Made by a program: the position numbers and the translations under genes | Part shown: piece by piece, positions 35,360-48,053 of the stretch | How positions within the stretch are numbered: position 1 is the first letter of the stretch | How the letters are laid out: each line of letters opens with the position of its first letter | Assembly: GCA_032718475.1 (NCBI GenBank) | Contig: JAUCBJ010003552.1 | Span: forward strand, 1 to 55,281 | Origin: Nemertoderma westbladi | Lineage: Eukaryota > Animalia > Xenacoelomorpha | Direction of reading: 5' to 3' | Length of the DNA: 55,281 nucleotides | Notes under the pieces: generated by a model | The model's database searches: none | Seen by the model: the letters and a program-made list of their open reading frames with translations, nothing else | What the model was told of the DNA's origin: nothing

Positions 35360-35720
35360 TTCTTCTTAATTTATTCGCGAGAAATGATTAATATCGCGAG
35401 AAAATTATTAATCTCTTGAGATAAAAGATAAACTAGCAAAAAAAATATTTAACTCGCGAGTAAATTATTAATTTCGCGACATAAGTGATACAACTCGCGA
35501 GAAAATTATTTATCTCGTGTGATAAATGATAAAACTCGTGAGAAAATTACTAATTATCTTAGAATAATCATCTTCTGGTGAGTTTAATCATTTATATCGC
35601 GAAATTAATAATTTTCTCGCGAGTTTAATAATTTATCCCTCGAGTTTAGTAATTTTCTCGCGAGATTATTATTTTTTCACGAGATTAATCAGCCATCTCA
35701 CGAATAAATTCAGAAGAACT
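35360..35720. repeat. Foldback-type element of ~20-bp TCGCGAG subrepeats
   Basis: Ends TTCTTCTTAATTTATTCGCGAGA / TCTCACGAATAAATTCAGAAGAA are inverted; subrepeats switch orientation near 35565. Confidence 0.75.
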
Positions 35721-36959
35721 TAAGGAAGTATTTATTGACTTCTAATTGGCTGTTCCTTAAGGGGAGGGTACACCCCCCTCCCCCCACCCCGCCAGAATCA
35801 ATTCTTGTCGCAGGGCGCCAGAAACCTCAGTACAGTATATCGTATGACAACTATACAGTAGGGCGATCAGTTTATTAACTAGTCTTTGCAATAATATCCA
35901 CTTACATCCACAATACAGAGCAAGGAAGGAAACACAAGTTTGTGAGTAAAATGTGGAGGGTAACGCCCAATTTTAACCTACTGTATGTATCTACTGATAA
36001 CTTACTCTGAAAATCTTTTTGGCAGACTTACAAACATATTTATTTATAAACGGGCTCACGGGGCCCACCCACCCACAGCAATGGGTTATTGATATCTATA
36101 TTTACAACATAAAATAAATGTTTACTTTCATTCATGAAGTTTATTACATTCATTTCTAGTATCAAGTATTGAAAATAGCAATACCTAAACTGATAATCAA
36201 TCTGTTTCAACGATCCTGGCGCAATGGAAAAGTCAAAGGTAACAAATATGATTACCATTTTTCATATTTTTGATACCCATTATATTTATTTTAGTTATCG
36301 CGCATACATTATGCGCGCGGTGTCAGTCGGGCTGATGTAAATAATTATATATATCTACATTATTATATATTATATTATTTTATGTGTGAATTTCTGTTAC
36401 TTTTTTCTCACTAATGAACTTTTGATTTGAGAAATTATATTGATTATCAATAATGTCTGAGAATCTGTATTGAGTCTGTTAAAAATGAAAATTATTTCCA
36501 TCACTTTTAAATCATTATTTCAATTAAAACTGTAAAATACGAAAAAATACCGTGTCTTTTTTTAAGTTTGATATAATTTGATTAATTTTGAATGAAAATT
36601 AATAGAACAAGTTTGTTTATCAGGACGGGGGATAATTAGTTCACCATCCAAACTTTACCAAAATATTATTTACGCAATCAATATTCAATCCAGGGGATAA
36701 TCGGCGCAAATAACATCTGTTTAATACCTTTATAATAATAATTCTTGCCTAGGGGGGAATATGGGAGTCGCCCCCACCCCCCCCCCCCCCCCTCCCCCTA
36801 ACCCCGAAAATATAGATATATTTATGTGTTTATTTAAGTATTTATGTGTTTATAAAAATTATTAATATTTATTCATATATATTATATTTTATATATATTT
36901 GTAAGCATAAAATAATAAATAAATAAAATATTATTTTAAATAAACCTAGATCGACCTCA

Positions 36960-38700
36960 GAAAAAATTCATATATTACTTTATCACTAGTTTTCGATATA
37001 ATATGTATATCTTTTTCGAATATTGAGCTCACGTGTAATTACTTTGTCATTCAATATGACAACGTAATTACACGTGAGATCAATATTGCGTTTTTTCTTA
37101 CTATTTCTGCCAGAATTCCTAGTTTTGGAGCTCAGAAACATAGTAAATTGGTTTCTTCTTGTTATCGTTTTTGCGTTTTTTCTGTTCTAGTGCTTGTTTT
37201 TGCGTCATAATTAGAGTCTTTCCAAATTGTTCACACATCCTGAATATTCCACCCCATAGCAACAAATGCTGATCCATATTCGATTAAAGAATTAAATAAA
37301 TCATTAAATTGTGAACTGTTTCTAACCCCACTCCATACGGAATTATATTTTAGTTGTTTTGGTTGGCGTGCAGAGCAAATGTATTGGTGAACATCTCTTG
37401 GTTTACTGTACACCTTTGTTTGAATAAAACCTCTCATCAATGTAAATTGTAAGATCTAAATAGTTAACTGTTCTACCTCTCTCTTCTAATTTAAATTTTA
37501 TTTTTCCCGGTTTAACCGCGTTTAGACGCTCAATAAAACAATTGATTTCGTCGTCAGTGTGTGATAACGTCAGTCCGATTCCATCATCCAGAAACTGTTT
37601 ATATTCATCTAAAGGTTTAGGGGCATTTATAGCTGCAGTATCTATAAATTCAGCTCCGAATAGGTCTGTGTAAGGACAAGAATACGCAGGCCCCATAGCA
37701 GCTCCACCAATTTCTGTGTAATGTGCGTTGTTGAAAATACAATTATTGCTATTCAAGTAAATCTCTAAGGCTTCGACAATGCAAGGTATAGGGGGACAGT
37801 CTGGATGTAAAATATCTTTGTGTCGTTCAAGACTTTTCCTAACTGCTTCAATTCCCATGGTGTTATCTCCTGAAGGAAAGAAATTTGTTATATCAATACA
37901 TATAAATCTCGCGTCTTCTGAAAGAGGTGCTAAGCGTGTATTAATGTTATCTAACCACTTTAAAGTGTCCCTTGTGTCTTTAAGAAATGTGGGATGTTTC
38001 CTTGCCACATCCTTAATGTAATACTCAATAAGTTTTCATAAATTTTGAGTCGCAGTGCCGCATGCTGATAAAATATTTCTTAAGGGCCAGTCCGCTTTAT
38101 GAGTCTTTATGTTAGCAAAGGCCGTTCCTGGTTTTGCATTGTCATTCAGTAACCAATTTTCGGTTTTTTGGATTATTGGTACTTCGGATTTCCATTTGTC
38201 AACAAAGTGTTTAACAAGATATAAATACCTTATCGTCGGGTCCGCTTTATGTTTTTCAAATCTCTCATCGAGACTTTGTTCTACTTTGTTAATATAATCC
38301 GTTCTAACAAATCTTTGTGAACTTTTATCTTGTATTCGTAGAATGTGTTCACAACCCGTGTGTCGTTGCCTCCTAATAGAGTTCAGTGCTTCTCATTGTA
38401 GTTTTGTGAGATTATCCGCTGTGTACTTGTTTTGTGTGAAGATTTCATTGTATACATTAACAAAAAACTGTTCTAGAACAGTATTCTTTGTTTGTTAAGT
38501 GAAGAATTTTTTACCTTTCCATGGGACAACCTGTCTTGCCGCAGTATGTTATTAATGTTCATCAAGATTAGTCGTGGCTGTATCCAAGTGTGCTTGTTGT
38601 TCTCTGGCCTGTGGGTTTTCCGTTTTCTTTAAGATTTCATAGTATTTTTTCCTCGATTTGTTTACAAAGTCGTTGTAGTCCTTATGTGATTTATATAAAA
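36960..38700 (-). mobile_element. Decayed Penelope-like retroelement (RT; GIY-YIG not seen)
   Basis: DNLTK..ALNSI..IQDK, KTHKADWPLRNI, FLKDT, CIDITNFFP, GAAMGP, QFLDDG, IKFKLE..VNYLDLTI, TKVYSKP.D.HQY; frameshifts and stops. Confidence 0.9.
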
Positions 38701-39220
38701 CAATAGTCAATGTAGTCGGACATATTATATTATATATATATATATATTATTCATTTAGAAAAGATAATGTTGTTATTTTATGTTTTATATCATGTTATTG
38801 ATAAAAAAAAAGAAAGCGAAAAACACAGCTTTTTTCACTCATTTTTCTGTTTAGCGACATTCAAATAATCTGTCCAATTGTCCGATTGCCCGGGCTTATT
38901 TATTGTTTTGATTGTAAGATGTGTCTATCTATATATGTGTCTATATATGTGTCTATCTATGATGTACAAGTGCTGTACGGCCGTGAAAAATTATTGGTGA
39001 ATGAAAATGTATTTTTAAGGGGGGAGGGTAGAAATTGATATTCTTTGTTGAGGTTCAGATTAATGAAATCTACATAAAAACAATAAATCAGACCTTTTCG
39101 TTAAAATATTTCACAGGGTGGTGGGTGAGGGAGGGTGGTCAATATGACCACCCCCCCCCCCCCCCGATATTCGTACAGCATGTTATAGCTAATAGGTTTG
39201 TAAGTTAATTGGTTCTAATA

Positions 39221-42008
39221 GGTTTAACCCACGACCAATGGAGTCCTAAATACAGGACCGGATTATGCCCTTGGTCAAGAAAGCTTGCCACCTCCATGCA
39301 GCATAAAGGAGGTGCAACATGTGGCTGAATAGACCAGACCCTCTTCATATGGGGCAAATCTGGTCCTGTGACTGAGACCCCCTTCGTTCTGGGATGGGGA
39401 CGGACGCCATTGATCCTGGATTAAGGACCCATATACTCGGCTGACCAGGCAGATGGTTACCTACCAATGGCTGGACAGGAGTAGAGTGTTCTCATCACCA
39501 ATTTGAGATGAGAACATGAGATGGGATCAGCATGCATTCTTAACTTTCCTGGGTGACTTTAATGCAAGTCTGCATCAATCACCTACATCGCCCTGGTCTA
39601 TAGCGATAGTGTTAACAAAAATTCATTCCATCTTCAGTATTTCATCTCTAGAAATGGATTGTTTTCGGCTGGAACCCAGTTCAAGAAGCGAACTGGAAAA
39701 CCATGGACTCATAGTGGACCCAGTGGTCACAAGTCCCAGATAGACCATTTTCTGTTTCGTAGGAAATACAGGAGCTCTATACAAGACTGTATTGCTTTAA
39801 CACTTCGACCATTCTCCAGTGCTCATCGCCTCTTTGTGGCCAAGGTAAGACTTAGTCTGCGCATTAGCAGAACAATGAAATCTGCCTTGCCGCTGCATGA
39901 CTGCTCCTCTCTGTTGCAACAGCCCAGTGTGAGAAGCAGTTAAGTTAGCAGCTGCAGAAACTACTGACTACAAAATTCGGAAGTGCCGAAATCACCTCTT
40001 CTATAAGGCTCGGAAAGAGTCCCGACTCAAACAGACTACAGTGGCCAAGAATGCAGTTAAGGCTGCATCTAGGTCCCTGGACAGGCAGTGCTATGTTAAT
40101 CTAGAGGAGCTTATAAACCAAAAGGTTGACGCCATCAATGATGACGACGACATCAAGCAATCATCCCAGGCACGGAAATGTACCAACTTGCTGACTGGGA
40201 GGAAAAGCCAACCAACCACCAAGGTTAAGGAAAAATCATCAACCGATTGCCTCAATATGGTTGGAAGGCCTTCTTCGTAATAATAATCTCAACCTCCTAA
40301 TAATAACCGAGACTCCTCAATAATGACAGGGTATTGTCTGATAACTTTATAGAAGTAAAAACCGAGACTCCTAAATAATGACAGGGTATTGCCTGATAAC
40401 TTTATAGAAGTAAAAGTGTCAGAGTCTGTACTGCCGGATATTCCCATTGGCGATATCTTCTTTGCTGAACTGAAGGCTGCTGCAAAGAGCATTAAGAGTG
40501 CCAGTAGAGTAGATAGTCTCGCTCCTGAGGTCTTTAAAATACCTGAGTGTTTGAAGCTCATTTATCCCATCATAGTAGACATGTACAGAACGACAAGAGT
40601 CCCACAAGAAATGAAAACAAATAAGTTGGTGCCATTTCCCAAGAAGGGCAACCTAACACTCTATGGTTCTTTTCGGGGAATCTCATTGATCCCGATTGCT
40701 GCAAAGCTATACAATATAATTCTAATAAATCGTATCAGGGATTCCATTGAGAGACTGCTCCATGGAAATCAGAATGGGTTCCCGTAAAGGTCGTGGGACT
40801 ATGGAGCCCATTTTGCCACTTAGAAGGACAATTGAATAACTGTCATAAACTGACAAAAATGAAATTGTCATAAATGACAGATCGAGGAAAGAAAGAAAGA
40901 AAGTATCTTTATTAATTTCTTCAAGGCCTTTGATTCAGTCTCTCGCTCACGTATGTTCAGCATACTTTCATTATATGGGATTCCTGAAGAAATTAGTGCA
41001 GCAATCAGATCAGTATACGATGGTTCGACGACATTTATGTCTACTGTTGACGGTGACACAGAACCATTTGAAGTGTTATGGGGAGTCCTCCAGGAAGACA
41101 CACTTGCACCATTCTTATTCATAATTGAGGTTGACTATGTTCTACGCATGTCCTTAGATCATCATTATGATGATGGGGTGATGATAACTCCACCTATTGG
41201 TTCCAGAAATCGAGGAAATCCTGTCAAGTACCTAACTGATCTAGAATTTGCTGACGACTTAGGAGTACTCTCAGAATCATTAGAGGGAGCCCAACGGCTC
41301 CTCAGCCCATTAGAACAGGCTGCTTCTAATGTTGGCATTTTGGTATTTCTAAAAAGACCACAATTTTCAGAGTTAACTTTGAAAGTCCTCAGCATATCTC
41401 TGATCAGATGAGCATAAGCTGAAAGATGGTATGCTTGAGCATGTGGACGACTTCTGTTATCTAGGGTCCGGAAGTCAGGTGAGGCCCTTCGAATACGTAA
41501 GGGAAAGGCATGGGTAGCCTTTGAGGATTTGGAAGTCACACAGAATTCATCGGAAACTTAAGGTGCGATTATTTAGTGCAGCAGTAGTTCCAGTACTCCT
41601 CTATGGGAGACCATGCTGGGTTCTTACTGCTAAGGACACCAAATCTCTGGATGGCACATTCACAAGAATGCTACGCCGGTTTCATTGTGTCAAGTACAAT
41701 GCACACATCTCCAACCAGACACTATATAACATTGAAGGTGTCTCATTGGTTCCCCCAAGCTTGGCAATAGAACAAAGCTGCCTCCGCTTTACAGGACATT
41801 GTTTTCGCTGTGAGGACCAGCCAGTGCACAATCTTGTGCTTTGGCAGCCCCATGGAGAAAATAAGCATGGTGGACAGCCCATTAATTTCGTCCTAAAGGA
41901 CAATGGCCTTGATGATGCGGATAATCTCGAAAAAGTCATGATATAGGGAGTTGTGGTGTTGCAACTTTGTTGATAAGCCGGCACAGCATTCTTAATGCAA
42001 GCTGCATT
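39221..42008 (+). mobile_element. Near full-span, decayed RTE-like LINE (5' leader, partial APE endonuclease, RT)
   Basis: LGDFNA, QIDHFL, SAHR (from SDH), VPFPKKG, FRGISL, QNGF, DLEFADD; same family as 27099-28219; many frameshifts. Confidence 0.92.
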
Positions 42009-42790
42009 GGGCTTGCCAATAATTGTGGATTGCATGGTGTTGACAAAATGTTTTTGTTAAGCTGGCATAGCATATCAATGTACAGTTTCAATGTAGCAGA
42101 CCGATTATAGTAGTACACTCTGAATGTACTTTTCTCTACTAACCCGCACGTTAACATTCGTTTGATTATTTGGTTCCCCGAATGCTGCCTCTGTATATTC
42201 TCCTTTACAAACATGAACCTTTCTGCTACGGGACCTAATGCTCGTGGAACCTGTCGTCCCTGGTAACATATCGCGGTAGAACCTGAAGTGGCAGGTCTTG
42301 CTCCCCCATGGAATTTATTGTGACAAAATCAAATAGACAACCAAGACAACAAGTCAAGTAGAACCGAGCCTAAAATATTGAGTGATGATATTTTGTGTGA
42401 TGATGTTTAGTAATTGTAAATTTTGTCAAAATAATGACTATATTTAGTTCATAAATGATTGGATTTAGTAATAAATAATTTAATAATATTTGTAGTGATC
42501 AATTAATTTTTTGTTTGAATGATTTTAGTGATTATTTTTCGTGATTTTGGCTTTATAATTTCTGAAATCTCATTATTTTTAGTGAAAATTGTATTATTCG
42601 AAAGATAATGAAAAAAAATTGCATTAAATAAATAAGTAATAAATATATATTCAGCTCCAGCCAGATAAGAACCACGGTGTGATTGCCGACATGGCATTAG
42701 AGGCTGACTGTTAATGACGTATGGTCTATGAGACTGACCATACGTCATAGTAGGACCGGTACCTCCACCTTAAATCTTTAACTGTTTTAG

Positions 42791-44793
42791 AAGGAAGTCA
42801 AACTATTCGAAGGTGATGAGAATGAGGAAAGAGGAAACTGGAATCATCATATTGAGTATATACTATCGTTGCTGGGTTACGCCGTGGGTCTCGGGAATGT
42901 ATGGAGATTCCCATATCTAACATACGATCATGGCGGAGGTATGTGTGCTCATTCAATATTATAATATATAGTTAGCTCTATTAGCTCTCTAACTAATAAG
43001 TTTAGTTCAACTTCCAACATCTTGGAGGCGGTAGACCACCCCAACCAGAGCCGTATATCCCTCACAAATCTTGCTGGAAAACGGCGCCGCATGGCCGCCC
43101 AGCTCCTGTGTAATGGATATCATCACCAAATATGTCAGTCCCGCAACTGCTGGAGGCCAGCACTAACCTGCATCTGCGATTTGTGTCATAAACCAGCCGA
43201 CGATGTCTCGCACGTCTGGGACTGCAACTCGCTGAGGATTACCTCTTATACACCGCTAGAGCTTGCTTGCCACCTAAACTCATTGATTCCATCACAATAA
43301 TTACTCAACTTTTAATTATATTCCTACTTATTTACTAAACATTTTAATTTATTTTATCATTTAAATATAAGCAATAATTTGATCTACTTTAATTATTTAT
43401 TGTAGACGTAAAAAACTTACGTAAATAGTATACTTTACTGTATTATATTATTACAGATATTATTTAATTATGTGACGCGGTAGGGTAGGTATACCGTATT
43501 AATCGGAACCATGTTTTGGTAAAATAAACGGCTTCTAGTTTCATAATATATAATTAGGAGAGAGAATTAGGTATGTTTTTTAATTAATTATTCATATTAG
43601 TTTAAGAGCTCTGCTTCTGATAACAACATTAAGAGTGGCAGTTGGGTACATAACTTTTGTAAATTGCGATTTTATTTATCATGTACCTGTATGTATGTAT
43701 GTTATCAAGTATCTGTAACCTTGATAATTTATTTTTCAACGAAGCTTCTAAATCTAAAAATGGCGTATCAGTAAGTACCTTTAGGTTTGAGCTATGACAA
43801 TTATCATCTACAGTAGCTAGTCTTTTATTGCTTCTTTTATTGGTTTTATTGATTATAAATTCAATTGTTTTCTCGATAATTTTTGTTTCTTCATAATCAA
43901 GCTAAATGACTTTCCAATTTTTTAACAATTCTTCTGAAAATTTCTGTGAATGTCTGTCGAGTAACTGATCCGTAACTGATACCGTAACTAAACGATTAAA
44001 TGCAAATACTTTCTAAATAATTATTGTGGTATTTAAAAATTCCAGCTGCATTTCTAATACCTTATGTTATCATGTTGGTGTTTGCTGGAATCCCTTTGTT
44101 CTACATGGAGGTAATTCTGGGACAATATTCCAGCTGCGGACCTAGCACCTTATGGAGATGCACACCTGCGTTGAAGGGTAAGTACTATATTATATTGTCG
44201 AGAATGTAACTGTAAAATTGAAAACATAGACTTTCACCTCAACAAGATATTCGTATTACAGTATTACAGTACTAATGTATTGGTGAAATAAATTGATGAG
44301 GCACGAGCTCCCCATAACCACGGGAATTTCTTAAATACCGTATAGACTTCGGTTACCTGTAGTTATTTTACATAGTTAAAGTTAGAATGCCAAAATCTAT
44401 CGACGCCAGATGGTTCAATAATGGTAACCACACATTCAAATCTTACAGTAGTTCACCTCCCGTATAAAAAAACTAGAGCAGTATTATTATTAGGTTTATT
44501 GTTTTCTCCTAGTGATATTCCGCTATGTAGAATTATAATTTTATAATGTAATCCTAATGTTAACTCATTGTAATGAACAAACAATTTAATACTAAATATA
44601 TTTCCCATAGGAATCGCCGTTGCCCAGGTAATAATTTCCACACTGGTTGGTATCTACTACAACACCATCATAGCCTACACCGTCTTCTACTTTATCAGCT
44701 CGTTCTCATGGGAGCTTCCATGGATTGGGTGCCACCATTCCTGGAACACCAACGCCTGCGATTCTATATACAAGGCTATACATAACTGCACAG
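42791..44793 (+). CDS. SLC6 Na+/Cl- dependent amino-acid transporter (GlyT/PROT/ATB0,+ like); exons 42791-42938, 44046-44177, 44611-44793; partial
   Basis: Spliced reading [66 protein letters not shown]; all GT-AG with matching phases. Start exon and downstream exons not located; orthologue not assignable. Confidence 0.96.
43022..43300 (+). mobile_element. 3'-terminal Cys/His-knuckle fragment of a non-LTR retrotransposon in an SLC6 intron
   Basis: [26 protein letters not shown] fits the CCHC tail of LINE ORF2 proteins; AT-rich tail follows. Confidence 0.65.
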
Positions 44794-45150
44794 GTGATTA
44801 TTACCCATTAACAATTAACGTAAAATAAAAAAAACATGGCTACAAGATTATAATCAATATTTGTCAATAAGTAAACAAAATTTCATTTTTAAAGTTGGTG
44901 TGAAATCTGATAATTTGATATCTCTCATTGATTCGAAAAATATAGAACGGAAAAATACCTAAATTAAAGGTAGAGACGAAGAGAGATGTTATTACTAAAT
45001 AATCGAAAATCAACAAAACAAAGCCTACTAATATAGATTGTCTTGAATACTATTATTAATAAAAATATTAAAAGGAGGATTGTTAATGGTTCTTGAAATA
45101 AATAAATCGGAACTATAAATATTTGTTTTAGTTTTAATACCAATATGTTT

Positions 45151-45576
45151 CTATAGTTTTTCTATCTGAACCACCATGGGTTCCTTCTCCTGCCTGTCGA
45201 TTTTCTCTTTTATTTCCGTGTTGCCGAACTCGGACGATTGGTTTTTCTCCTTTTTCGGGAATCTGATGGGTTCGATGATGGGTCGACCCAACGGGAAGTA
45301 ACCCGATTGTATGACGTCATCATCACCTGACAGTGGTGGTAAACAGGGATAGCCAACAGTATCCAATCCGTATCTGTAAGGGATAAAGTTGGTACCGGTA
45401 CCGGTATGACATGATTGACCGCACAAAAGTGAAATACACTATGGCGAAATGCGAATGATCCAAAAAAAATGCCAACCTGCCACACTCGATCTTTCCAAGT
45501 TTGGTCCATGTTCTCAGTGTGTTGGAAAATGGGAAGCCGGCAAAAAAGGGAAGTTCACCACCGCCAGTGGACCTGT
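45151..45576 (-). CDS. Candidate last two exons (45576-45477, 45373-45151) of an unknown gene antisense to SLC6
   Basis: GC-richer island; AG/GT boundaries with compatible phase give ..RTWTKLGKIECGR/YGLDTVGYPCLPPL..VQIEKL-stop. Confidence 0.45.
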
Positions 45577-45654
45577 CTGTTTAAACGAACAGTTTCTTCT
45601 ATTGTTTGGAAAATGTTAGAATCGCTGTGAATATTCTTAAGAATAAAGCGTGAA

Positions 45655-46652
45655 GTTAGAGTTACCTTAATATTATACAGTTAGAGTTGCCTTAATATTA
45701 TACAGTTAGAGTTACCTTAATATTATACAGTTAGAGTTACCTTAATATTATACAGTTAGAGTTACCTTAATATTATACAGTTAGAGTTACCTTAATATTA
45801 TACAGTTAGAGTTACCTTAATATTATACAGTTAGAGTTACCTTAATATTATACAGTTAGAGTTACCTTAATATTATACAGTTAGAGTTACCTTAATATTA
45901 TACAGTTAGAGTTACCTTAATATTATACAGTTAGAGTTACCTTAATATTATACAGTTAGAGTTACCTTAATATTATACAGTTAGAGTTACCTTAATATTA
46001 TACAGTTAGAGTTGCCTTAATATTATACAGTTAGAGTTACCTTAATATTATACAGTTAGAGTTACCTTAATATTATACAGTTAGAGTTACCTTAATATTA
46101 TACAGTTAGAGTTGCCTTAATATTATACAGTTAGAGTTACCTTAATATTATACAGTTAGAGTTACCTTAATATTATACAGTTAGAGTTACCTTAATATTA
46201 TACAGTTAGAGTTACCTTAATATTATACAGTTAGAGTTACCTTAATATTATACAGTTAGAGTTACCTTAATATTATACAGTTAGAGTTACCTTAATATTA
46301 TACAGTTAGAGTTACCTTAATATTATACAGTTAGAGTTGCCTTAATATTATACAGTTAGAGTTACCTTAATATTATACAGTTAGAGTTACCTTAATATTA
46401 TACAGTTAGAGTTACCTTAATATTATACAGTTAGAGTTACCTTAATATTATACAGTTAGAGTTACCTTAATATTATACAGTTAGAGTTACCTTAATATTA
46501 TACAGTTAGAGTTACCTTAATATTATACAGTTAGAGTTACCTTAATATTATACAGTTAGAGTTACCTTAATATTATACAGTTAGAGTTACCTTAATATTA
46601 TACAGTTAGAGTTACCTTAATATTATACAGTTAGAGTTACCTTAATATTATA
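45655..46652. repeat. 25-bp minisatellite (TTAGAGTTACCTTAATATTATACAG), about 40 units
   Basis: Near-perfect array; only variant seen is TTGCC for TTACC in 4 units. Confidence 0.98.
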
Positions 46653-47288
46653 CCCGGCAAATTTTGATATAATTAAAAATTGGATGCGACTTTACCCAGA
46701 TTGGCCAGATATAGCAATGACAGGACTGTGTAATTTTGAATCATTCACCCAGTTCATTTCGTTTGGGTTAGGTTACCGGTATACAAATTTATGTAGAATT
46801 TCTATGAATAAAGATATGATCCGCAAGTATTCTTATCGAGAATTTTTGGATAATATAGAATCCAAAAAAGAAGGATAGATTAGGATTGATTGTGAATTAC
46901 TTTTGAGTTTCATGCTGCTAAATTGTCCCGAATAGTAATCAAACTAACCGTAAGTGGGGCGTGCTACGTTGGGTCAGCATGTGAGAAAATGGATTCATTG
47001 GTTGCCAAGGTAAACCCACAAGCCTCCCAGTAAATAAAGGTTCATGATTGGTCACCTGATTGCGAGCTGATTTCCTCCATTTTGCTCTTCGATTTTGAAA
47101 CCAAACCTAAATAATTTAAAAGTTGGTTGAAGGTCTAACTATGTACCACAATTCACGAGTTTCACTAGTAAAAAGCTGCCTTCTCAAGTATAAATTAAGA
47201 CAGTTTACAGAGAATTACGACAAGTAGGTGCAAAGTAACATAGAAAGATACGGGAGGGGAGAGGATATACAGCATACCGGTATTTTAA

Positions 47289-48052
47289 GGGGGGGGGGGG
47301 GGGGGTGGGGGGGGGGGGGTAGCACCCCCAAATTGAACATCACATTTTTGTGTCTCTCGACCTCTCTCGCCAAGGGCTATTTCTCCACCAATATTTGTTT
47401 AAATTGTCGAAATTTGGATTATAGGATTATTAACAAATTTTGCCTCAAATGCTCTGGAGCCTTTTTAGAACAAAAAGGCCCCCAAAAAGGGCTTTTTTGG
47501 GCCTTTTTGATATAAAAAGGCTCCAGGGCATTTCCAACCAAATTTGTTCAGAACAAGTATGGAGAAAGGTATTCTTAACAAGTGTACCAAATTTCAACTC
47601 ATTTCAGTTAAAATTGGCGGAGAAATAGCCTTTTGTCATGAAAATTTTGTCATTCTGAGATATGGGTGTTTAAAGTTTAAGGAACAATTCAAACCTTCCC
47701 GCTATTTTAGATAATACCAATTTTCTATGTTCAACAATAACTTTGTCAAAAATGAATGAAATCAAACGAAATTTTTCATGCTTTCTAAACAGATAACTAG
47801 TAAAACAACGTTTTAGCAATTTTATACATATCTGTACCGTGAGAGTCTTTTTAATGAAAAGGGCCCCGCACAATTGTAAAATATAGTGCAGCTCGAATGC
47901 TTTACAAAAATCAAACTAGCTCTTACGTTTTGGGTAATAACTTGAGTTTGAAAAAAAGATATGAAAAAACTGCTTGCAGATTTTAAATCTCAATTAAATT
48001 TGGCACATGATAGAATAAAAAAAACTTTTTTGTACATTTCCAAAATAGGGGG
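47289..48052. mobile_element. Second copy of the TTAA/Kolobok-like MITE, right TIR truncated
   Basis: TTAA-Gn-TAGCACCCCCAAATTGAAC; body matches 30012-30718. Confidence 0.88.
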
Positions 48053-48053
48053 C

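Noticed and set aside
42010-42310. Possible decayed piggyBac Cys-rich tail or SLC6 first exon
   Set aside because: Motifs too degenerate; no convincing ATG plus donor.
45655-46652. CRISPR-like appearance of the tandem arrays
   Set aside because: No unique spacers, no cas genes, eukaryotic context.
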